NCBI GenBank assembly: GCA_035402825.1
Contig: DAONDZ010000001.1
Span: forward strand, 108,839 to 172,838
DNA length: 64,000 nucleotides
Source: a bacterium
GTDB taxonomy: Bacteria > Patescibacteriota > Patescibacteriia > Patescibacteriales > UBA12465
Direction of reading: 5' to 3'
The position numbers and the translations under genes were made by a program. This document shows positions 29,023 through 35,657 of this stretch, one piece after another. Positions within the stretch are counted from its first letter, which is position 1; each line of letters starts with the position of its first letter. Under the pieces are notes generated by a model, which was not told the DNA's origin, did not search any database, and saw only the letters and a program-made list of their open reading frames with translations.

Positions 29023-30435
29023 ATGATACCATTTAGATATTATAATTTCATGTCAAAAGCTCCAAATTTGACCAAACAAATACTCATAAACACCTTAATC
29101 CCGTTCCTGAAGATCCTCATCTTTCTCAAAAAAGTAATAACTACTTTTTTTCTTTTGTTAGTCTTTAAACCGTTAAAATGGCTGATTTCTACCTTGCTCT
29201 ATCGTCCGACCATTAAGATCTACGGGACTTATCTCTTAAACCTTAAACGTTTGCGAGCCGTGGGATTAAAACACAATCCTCGGCTATTTTTAATAAAAAA
29301 GTTTTCCGTGCCGATAATCATCACTTTGATTTTTCTGGCAGTCGTTTTAAATAATCTCATCTCCTCTCCTAACTTCGGCGAACTGGCCAATCGGATGCAT
29401 AAATCAATCGCCGCTTCTTTAGTTAAAAATGAATTTGATACCGGTACTACCGAAGAACTAATCACCGAGACCATGGATATGTCGGCTATCTGTTCCAGCA
29501 CACCGGCTAAATATCAAAGTACCAATAGCATCTTGAAGCCGCAACCGAAAATCACCACCAATACCACTCCGACTGATAGCGGCAAAGCGGCATTATGTTT
29601 AGTGAGAAATAATGATACTTTAATCCGACCGGATATTTTAACTACCGGTTCCAGCGTAGTGACCGCTCCGGAAAGACGCAGCATAGTGGAATACACTGTG
29701 AAAGCTGGCGATACCATTAGTACTATCGCCCGCCAATTCGGCGTGACGGTCAATACCATCCTCTGGGCCAACAGCTTGTCCGCTAACAGTACCATTCGTC
29801 AGGGTGATAAATTAAATATCCCTCCGGTCACCGGCGTGGTTCACAAAGTGGCTAGCGGCGAAACCATTAGAGCTATTGCTAACAAGTATGGCGTCTCGGC
29901 TGATACTATCATCGCCTCTAACGGCTTGGATGATTCCGGCAAATTGAGAATTGGCCAGAGTTTGATTATTCCGGGCGGACAAAAAACCGCTACGGCCACC
30001 AGAACCACCACTACTTATCGCGCCGTGGATATCGTCAAAGATATTGTAAAACCGTCTAACGCTAAACCGCAGGGCGGCAAGATGCAATGGCCGACTGTCG
30101 GTTATCGCATCACTCAATACTATTCTTGGCGCCATACCGGTTTAGATATTGCTAACAAAACCGGCACTCCGCTCTATGCGGCTGAAAGCGGTACTGTGGA
30201 GAAAGCTGGCTGGAACAGCGGCGGCTATGGCAACATGGTTTTAGTTAACCATGGCGGCGGTATTAAAACCCGCTATGCTCATTTATCTAAAATCTATGTC
30301 CAACCGGGCGAAAGCGTGGAAAGAGGCCAGGTCGTCGGCCTAATGGGTTCCACCGGTCGTTCCACCGGTCCGCATATTCACTTTGAAGTCATTGTTAATG
30401 GCCGCAATCTAAATCCACTTAATTATATTAAATAA
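29023..30435 (+). CDS. Membrane-anchored LysM-LysM-M23 peptidoglycan endopeptidase
   Basis: Two LysM repeats (YTVKAGDTISTIARQFGV, HKVASGETIRAIANKYGV) and an M23 core (HTGLDIA..., GSTGRSTGPHIHFEV). An alternative start is at 29050. Confidence 0.85.
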   Translation: MIPFRYYNFMSKAPNLTKQILINTLIPFLKILIFLKKVITTFFLLLVFKPLKWLISTLLYRPTIKIYGTYLLNLKRLRAVGLKHNPRLFLIKKFSVPIIITLIFLAVVLNNLISSPNFGELANRMHKSIAASLVKNEFDTGTTEELITETMDMSAICSSTPAKYQSTNSILKPQPKITTNTTPTDSGKAALCLVRNNDTLIRPDILTTGSSVVTAPERRSIVEYTVKAGDTISTIARQFGVTVNTILWANSLSANSTIRQGDKLNIPPVTGVVHKVASGETIRAIANKYGVSADTIIASNGLDDSGKLRIGQSLIIPGGQKTATATRTTTTYRAVDIVKDIVKPSNAKPQGGKMQWPTVGYRITQYYSWRHTGLDIANKTGTPLYAAESGTVEKAGWNSGGYGNMVLVNHGGGIKTRYAHLSKIYVQPGESVERGQVVGLMGSTGRSTGPHIHFEVIVNGRNLNPLNYIK

Positions 30436-30441
30436 AAATAT

Positions 30442-30690
30442 ATGAACTTTGTTATTGGTCTGATCGTCGTGGCTCTAGGGGTGGTTCTTGTTATAAAAAC
30501 CGAATGGTTCCTACAAAACTTTGGTCGTATTGCTTGGTTTGAATCTAAATTCGGCGCTGAAGGCGGCTCACGCTTAGGGTACAAGCTGGTCGGCGTAGTC
30601 TTTATTTTCTTTGGTTTATTGGTCATGACCGGATTAATTGGCGGCTTCTTGGGCTGGGCACTATCGCCGCTCTTGAAATATAATACATAA
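30442..30690 (+). CDS. Small two-TM membrane protein (82 aa)
   Basis: Two hydrophobic helices, 6 nt after the M23 gene. No motif recognised. Confidence 0.4.
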   Translation: MNFVIGLIVVALGVVLVIKTEWFLQNFGRIAWFESKFGAEGGSRLGYKLVGVVFIFFGLLVMTGLIGGFLGWALSPLLKYNT

Positions 30691-30712
30691 TTCGCTAGAG
30701 TATATAAGTCTT

Positions 30713-30786
30713 GGGCCTTTAGCTCAGCTGGCTAGAGCACCTGCTTTGCAAGCAGGGGGTCAAGGGTTCGAATCCCTTAAGGTCCA
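30713..30786 (+). tRNA. tRNA-Ala (anticodon UGC)
   Basis: Acceptor GGGCCTT/AAGGTCC with G3:U70, anticodon arm CCTGC-TTTGCAA-GCAGG, T arm AAGGG-TTCGAAT-CCCTT. Confidence 0.92.
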
Positions 30787-30797
30787 CAATTTAAAAA

Positions 30798-30823
30798 GGC
30801 TGTCGTGGTGACAGCCTTTTTTC
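30798..30823. terminator. Bidirectional terminator (after tRNA-Ala and after the HD gene)
   Basis: GGCTGTC / GACAGCC stem with a 5-nt loop, A-run upstream and TTTTTTC downstream. Confidence 0.65.
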
Positions 30824-31606
30824 TTAACTAATAATTGATTGGGCCACCCGAGAAATCTCAGGTGTCCAAATTTCTTTCCCAAAACCGGGCACAATCTCCG
30901 TCGCCAGCTCCATATCATCAAATTGGTTTCCCAATACATCACAAAGCATGTAATAATTGCGGAATTTAACGCATTGCTCTATGGCATAAAGGACATACTC
31001 CAATCTTTCAGCGACCGCGAAACGGAGAGCTTCCTGTTTGTGGGTGAAAAGGAGCGATTCTAAATCATCCCTGATCCCTTGCGGAAACACGTTCCAATTC
31101 GGTGGCTGGCTTTGTTCATAATTAGCTCTTTTGAGTGGATGAACAAATTGCAGCAGGAAGGCGCGGCGGAAGAAATTAAAAGTTTCAGTGTCCAGCTCCG
31201 AAAAGCTGTCGACAAAACTATAGTACTCTTCCAGATCGTTAAGGTCAGTCTTGGTTCCAAAGGGATGATCCACCTTTTTGATACCTTCGCCCCAATCATG
31301 AATAGCAAAAGAGATAGTGAGCAGATGGTGATCAAAGCGACATCCGATCGGCAAATACTTTTCCAGCCTGACCCCCATCAAAGTACCCAATACCGTCATC
31401 CCTAAAGAATGTTCGGTAACACTCTGAGGGCGAAAATCCAACTTCGGGTCTAAATAGGTTTTAGGCGGTTTCCAATCTTTTGGCCAAAAGCGGCTCCAAC
31501 GACAAACATCGCTGGTAATAGTTTGGGCTTCAATGTTTATTGTAAACAAAGCCCCAAATTGCTGTTGGAGAAGACAAGCGGCTTCATAAATCTTAGTTTC
31601 TTCCAT
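30824..31606 (-). CDS. HD-domain phosphohydrolase-like protein (YfbR-type pattern)
   Basis: SVTEHSLGMTVLG ... FAIHDWGEG fits the H...HD...E/D layout of HD-superfamily nucleotidases. Tentative. Confidence 0.45.
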   Translation of the reverse strand: MEETKIYEAACLLQQQFGALFTINIEAQTITSDVCRWSRFWPKDWKPPKTYLDPKLDFRPQSVTEHSLGMTVLGTLMGVRLEKYLPIGCRFDHHLLTISFAIHDWGEGIKKVDHPFGTKTDLNDLEEYYSFVDSFSELDTETFNFFRRAFLLQFVHPLKRANYEQSQPPNWNVFPQGIRDDLESLLFTHKQEALRFAVAERLEYVLYAIEQCVKFRNYYMLCDVLGNQFDDMELATEIVPGFGKEIWTPEISRVAQSIIS

Positions 31607-31697
31607 TTTAAGGTGCTTTTATTAGACATAGTTTGACCTTCTAAAATACCGCTTCTCCTCTCTTTTGTCAATTGGGAAATAAAGGTATAATAGAAGT

Positions 31698-32024
31698 ATG
31701 AAAAAAGTAATGTATTACCTCCCCAGGATCTTGGGTCTGCTAATCACCGCCTTCTTTGCCCTCTTTATTTTAGAGGGTTTTGATCCGCAGTTTGGTTGGC
31801 AATCCGGCCTGGCCCATTTAGCTGTCGCCGTTGTAGCTCTAGGAGCTACAATTCTAGCTTGGAAAAAACCCAGAATCGGCGGCTGGCTATTTATCGCCTT
31901 CGGTCTTTGGTATTTAATCACTGCTCTGCACGGAGAATGGTGGAGCGGATTAATTACCGGCGGAGTCCCTTTGCTGACCGGGCTATTATTCCTGTGGGAT
32001 GGTTATAAAAATAAACAAAAATAA
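31698..32024 (+). CDS. Small membrane protein (108 aa, 3-4 TM)
   Basis: Hydrophobic ORF whose stop abuts the mntP ATG. TATAAT lies 6 nt upstream of its ATG. Confidence 0.5.
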   Translation: MKKVMYYLPRILGLLITAFFALFILEGFDPQFGWQSGLAHLAVAVVALGATILAWKKPRIGGWLFIAFGLWYLITALHGEWWSGLITGGVPLLTGLLFLWDGYKNKQK

Positions 32025-32573
32025 ATGAGTTTTCTCAACATCCTCTTCATCGCCGTCGGCTTAGCCATGGATTGTTTTGCGGTTTCCCTGTCAGCCGGCG
32101 CGGCAATGGGCAAATTAAGATTAGCTATTAAAATATCTATATTCTTCGGCGTCTTCCAGGCCGGCATGTTTTTCTTGGGCTGGTTAGCTGGTTTCGGATT
32201 CCGTCACTTCATTCAAGGCGTCGACCACTGGATAGCTTTAATCCTCTTGGCTTTCGTGGGCGGGAAAATGCTCTATGAAGCTATAAAAGACAAACAAGAA
32301 AAAAAGATCAACTTCGCCAGCAACAAGATGATTGTGCTCTTGGCCATAGCCACCAGCATTGACGCTCTAGCTGTCGGCATCAGTTTCGCCTTCTTAAAAA
32401 CTGATTTAATCCTACCGACCATCATTATCGGCTTAATGTCCTTCGGTCTAGCTTTCCTCGGCAACTTCATCGGCAAGAAAGCCAGCGATATCATGGGACG
32501 CAAAGCCGAAATAGTGGGCGGAATAATATTGATTCTTATTGGAATAAAAATATTTTTAGAACACGTCCTCTAA
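32025..32573 (+). CDS. mntP: Manganese efflux pump MntP family
   Basis: MSFLNILFIAVGLAMDCFAVSLSAG and a second half with SIDALAVGISFA (duplicated DUF204-type repeat). Confidence 0.8.
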   Translation: MSFLNILFIAVGLAMDCFAVSLSAGAAMGKLRLAIKISIFFGVFQAGMFFLGWLAGFGFRHFIQGVDHWIALILLAFVGGKMLYEAIKDKQEKKINFASNKMIVLLAIATSIDALAVGISFAFLKTDLILPTIIIGLMSFGLAFLGNFIGKKASDIMGRKAEIVGGIILILIGIKIFLEHVL

Positions 32574-32593
32574 ATATTTCTTCAAATTAAAAA

Positions 32594-32609
32594 ACAGGGT
32601 CACCCCTGT
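32594..32609. terminator. Bidirectional hairpin between mntP and the 175-aa gene
   Basis: ACAGGG-TCAC-CCCTGT, flanked by A and T runs. Confidence 0.5.
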
Positions 32610-32628
32610 TTTAAAAATCATTAATCTT

Positions 32629-33156
32629 TTATTCCAAACAACAGTCAATAGCCTTCTTCACCAGCTCCCCCATCTTTCCCAAAAAGCCGTTCTTCTTTTT
32701 ATCATGTTTATTCAAAGCGGCGTCATCAATTTTCTTAATATCTCCGCTATTAATAACTTTCATATTCATACCCCAGAACAAGGAATAGAGGTTATAGGCT
32801 TTCTCAAAGAAATCATAGGCCTCCTCTTTCTTCCCTCTTCCCAAAGCCTTGGTTCCGACCTCCATCAATCTCATGGAAGCGGCTAAAAGATGTTTAGAAA
32901 TACACCAGGCTTCGCCTTCATAATCTTTAATTAATTTCTTCATCAATTCTTTGCGCATCTCCCGAGCCACATTAATCATTTCATAAAATTCCGGATTGCC
33001 GGTCTTAGCGCCCGAAAAGAAAAAATGCTCTTCAATGCTCACCAAGTTCATAATAGCGATACTCAAATCCTGATCGGAGGATAAATCTAATTTATTATCC
33101 TTTTTTAAATTGTCCATCTTATCCACGAACTGCTGCAGATCTTTTTGGTCAATCAT
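32629..33156 (-). CDS. Hypothetical soluble helical protein ending in ..IDCCLE (175 aa)
   Basis: ORF begins 4 nt after the CPVC gene stop. No TM segment. C-terminal vicinal Cys pair. Confidence 0.45.
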   Translation of the reverse strand: MIDQKDLQQFVDKMDNLKKDNKLDLSSDQDLSIAIMNLVSIEEHFFFSGAKTGNPEFYEMINVAREMRKELMKKLIKDYEGEAWCISKHLLAASMRLMEVGTKALGRGKKEEAYDFFEKAYNLYSLFWGMNMKVINSGDIKKIDDAALNKHDKKKNGFLGKMGELVKKAIDCCLE

Positions 33157-33160
33157 ATAT

Positions 33161-33661
33161 TTAACGGGTTAGAAAATAAAAGAAAACACTAAAGATAATT
33201 AAAGAGGACACTGGCATAACTACTTTCTGCAAAGGAAAATAAGCGCGGCCGCCATTCTTTTTCTTTAAGAAATGATACCAGGCGCCGGTGAGATAAAAAA
33301 CGATGCTGCCGATTATCAACCCTAAAATCAACTTGTCCATTCCCCAGAAGCGGTTAAAAGGATGACCGACTATTTCCATATAATACATCGGGATAATAAC
33401 GGTGCCATAATAGAAAAGAAAAACTAAAAGCGCCCACCAAGGAGATTGCACTTTTTTCTTTCTTAGCCAATCTATAGTCCAAAAAGAAACGGAGACTAAT
33501 AATCCCCCCACCCATAATCCGGTAATCGTATCATCTATTCCAAAATAACGAGACAATCCAACGCCGGCTCCAACCGCCACGGTACAAACCGGACAAAAAG
33601 CTAATACTGATTTAGCGGATAATAAAAAAAATGACGCGGCAATAAAAATTAGTTTCTTCAT
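33161..33661 (-). CDS. Polytopic membrane protein with N-terminal CPVC motif (166 aa)
   Basis: About 5 hydrophobic helices. Its only two cysteines form FCPVCTVAVGAG at the end of helix 1. The start overlaps the upstream stop (ATGA, 33658-33661). Confidence 0.5.
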   Translation of the reverse strand: MKKLIFIAASFFLLSAKSVLAFCPVCTVAVGAGVGLSRYFGIDDTITGLWVGGLLVSVSFWTIDWLRKKKVQSPWWALLVFLFYYGTVIIPMYYMEIVGHPFNRFWGMDKLILGLIIGSIVFYLTGAWYHFLKKKNGGRAYFPLQKVVMPVSSLIIFSVFFYFLTR

Positions 33662-34011
33662 ATACTCAATTTCTGTTTAAAGTAATTAATAATATCTTCG
33701 TCGCCTAAATAACATTGGCCATCGGCATAAAACATCGGTACGCCTAAATTATTCTGATCCAATTTGCACTCTTTAGACTTATCACTAAAAAGCTGGGCGT
33801 TAGACCGATCGCCGTTGACCTCCACTTCGCTAAAAGAATATTGTTCCCGTATTTGATTCTGAGTAATAAACTCTTCCACATTCTGGCAATGCGGGCAAGA
33901 AGTTTTAAAAAATAAAATCGGCTTGGTATCCACAACTTTTCCGCCGCCGCAACCGGCGAGGAACAAGCTAAAAACCAAGGAAAGTGATAAAAATAAAGCT
34001 TTTTTTCTCAT
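33658..34011 (-). CDS. Glutaredoxin/thioredoxin-fold lipoprotein with CPHC active site
   Basis: Lipobox FLAGCGGG, then ILFFKTSCPHCQNVEEF (Grx/NrdH-like fold with the same CPHC dipeptide as DsbA), plus a second Cys pair. Confidence 0.6.
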   Translation of the reverse strand: MRKKALFLSLSLVFSLFLAGCGGGKVVDTKPILFFKTSCPHCQNVEEFITQNQIREQYSFSEVEVNGDRSNAQLFSDKSKECKLDQNNLGVPMFYADGQCYLGDEDIINYFKQKLSI

Positions 34012-34065
34012 AAAATTAATGGCTAATTGCTAAGTCTAATATACTATATTTTAAGAAAATAAAAA

Positions 34066-34089
34066 AGGCCTTCCGGGGAAGACCTGTTT
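34066..34089 (-). terminator. Terminator after paralog A
   Basis: On the minus strand: AGGTCTT-CCCCGG-AAGGCCT, followed by TTTTTTATTTTC. Confidence 0.5.
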
Positions 34090-34093
34090 TCGG

Positions 34094-34759
34094 CTAGGCG
34101 CTTATTTCTAGCCAAGCTTTTTTGAGTTGGATATTGGTTAAAGGATTAACCGGCCGCAAGGGAATATCAATCAGCTGCGGGCTGTATTTTTCCAAAGAAT
34201 TCGACTCACTCCAGCTATAAGCCACCATTTCTTGGTGAATTCTTTCCAATACCAGCATTTGCAAATGCCGGTTAGCTTCCAATAAACTCTCCTGAATAAT
34301 TTCCGTCAAAGAACACCCCCGATCGAAATAAGGGACCAGTTCTTCCGGTTCAAAATCCCGAGTTTGCTCCAAAGTGAAAAAAACTCGTCCTTTGACTTTA
34401 ATATTCAAAAGTGGGCTTTTGATCATTGGGAATTCAAAGCTGCCGGTTTTCTCCGCCAGGCAATCAACTCCTAAATAATAGAACTCCCGGCGACGGCATT
34501 TCAAACTGGCTTTTTTGAGCTCAGATACCCGACCGGCTTCTCGAACAAAAACGATTCGATTCGGCTGGTCGTGAAGTACCACTCTGAGGCTTAGGTTGTA
34601 AAAAATCAGAGTAGGCACTAAGAAAAAAAGCAAACCAGCGATATGAATACCCATTGGCCACTTTGGCCAATCAAACGCTTCTGCCGCCAACGGGCTGGCA
34701 AGAACAATCAAAAAACTGATGAACGAAACCAAGAGCAATCTAAAAAATAACTTTTTCAT
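34094..34759 (-). CDS. Uncharacterised 221-aa membrane protein, tandem paralog A
   Basis: MKKLFF start and two N-terminal TM helices. Shares blocks with paralog B (GSFEFP..KS, V.G...FTLEQT, KKAWLE). SD GAGGAGGG lies 9 nt upstream. Confidence 0.5.
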   Translation of the reverse strand: MKKLFFRLLLVSFISFLIVLASPLAAEAFDWPKWPMGIHIAGLLFFLVPTLIFYNLSLRVVLHDQPNRIVFVREAGRVSELKKASLKCRRREFYYLGVDCLAEKTGSFEFPMIKSPLLNIKVKGRVFFTLEQTRDFEPEELVPYFDRGCSLTEIIQESLLEANRHLQMLVLERIHQEMVAYSWSESNSLEKYSPQLIDIPLRPVNPLTNIQLKKAWLEISA

Positions 34760-34842
34760 TGTGTTTTACCCTCCTCTTAATTGTTTTAGTGTACGAATTG
34801 ATTTTTTAGCCTATCATTAATATGCTTGGCAGTCAATAAAAA

Positions 34843-34862
34843 AGGCCCTCCGCGGAAGGCCC
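34843..34862 (-). terminator. Terminator after paralog B
   Basis: GGCCCTCC / GGAAGGCC imperfect stem, related in sequence to the terminator at 34066-34089. A T-run follows on the minus strand. Confidence 0.5.
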
Positions 34863-34867
34863 TAATT

Positions 34868-35533
34868 TCATTCTGCCCATTCTAACCAGGCCTTTTTAAC
34901 CTTAATGTTAGACAAAGGGCTGGAGGTATTCAGATGAACACAGCCTAGATCAGGATAGTCCTTGAACCCCAGGCCGGTAGCATAATCTTTATCCATTTCC
35001 TTATTAACCTTCTTTAAAAGGATGATCTTCCATTGCGGATTAGCCTCCAAGATTGCTGACTTGATAATTTCGTTTAACGAAAGACTCTCAATCCCGTTCT
35101 TCTCGAACAACGCCCGGATTTCTTCCAAAACAAATTCGCCGGTCTGCTCTAAGGTGAATGATATCTTTCCTTGAACATCCAAACGGAAAATTTTGCTTTT
35201 TAACACCGGAAAGTCAAAGCTGCTGGTGCCTTTTTCCAGGATGCCGAGATTAAGGTAATAGATTTTGAGCCTCGGACGGCGAAATATTTCCCGCCTGAGT
35301 TCAAACCATTTCCCCTTTTGCTTGATAAATATCGCCATTCCTTTACGAGGAGCAATTACGGAGCTTCCCAACCCTAAAGCGATAAGAGATAACATGCAAG
35401 ACGCAAGAAAAGCTACAAACATCCAAAGGCGAAAATGAATAGCGGGGTTGAAGATCACCACAAACCCAAATCCGACATACAAAGATGCGATAATCAAAAA
35501 AATGTGACACAACCACTTAAACAGTTTTTTCAT
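34868..35533 (-). CDS. Uncharacterised 221-aa membrane protein, tandem paralog B
   Basis: Same length and architecture as 34094..34759. SD AGGAGGG lies 7 nt upstream. Confidence 0.5.
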   Translation of the reverse strand: MKKLFKWLCHIFLIIASLYVGFGFVVIFNPAIHFRLWMFVAFLASCMLSLIALGLGSSVIAPRKGMAIFIKQKGKWFELRREIFRRPRLKIYYLNLGILEKGTSSFDFPVLKSKIFRLDVQGKISFTLEQTGEFVLEEIRALFEKNGIESLSLNEIIKSAILEANPQWKIILLKKVNKEMDKDYATGLGFKDYPDLGCVHLNTSSPLSNIKVKKAWLEWAE

Positions 35534-35622
35534 TATTATACCCTCCTATTTGTTAATATACAGATTATTAATTTTAATATCTGACTCTACCATGAACCAA
35601 AACAACAGTCAATATCAATTAA

Positions 35623-35651
35623 TTCCAAAACGTCCCAAAAAATGATATAAT
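35623..35651 (+). promoter_or_regulatory. Extended -10 promoter placed for a leaderless polA mRNA
   Basis: TTCCAA (35623-35628), a 17-nt spacer, then TGaTATAAT (35643-35651). Only 6 nt separate the -10 from ATG 35658. Confidence 0.4.
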
Positions 35652-35657
35652 AGACCC

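Noticed and set aside
30713-35533. A genomic island integrated at tRNA-Ala(UGC), given the accessory-looking genes downstream.
   Set aside because: No integrase, no direct repeat of the tRNA 3' end and no mobility genes were found by eye. The idea is left as untested.
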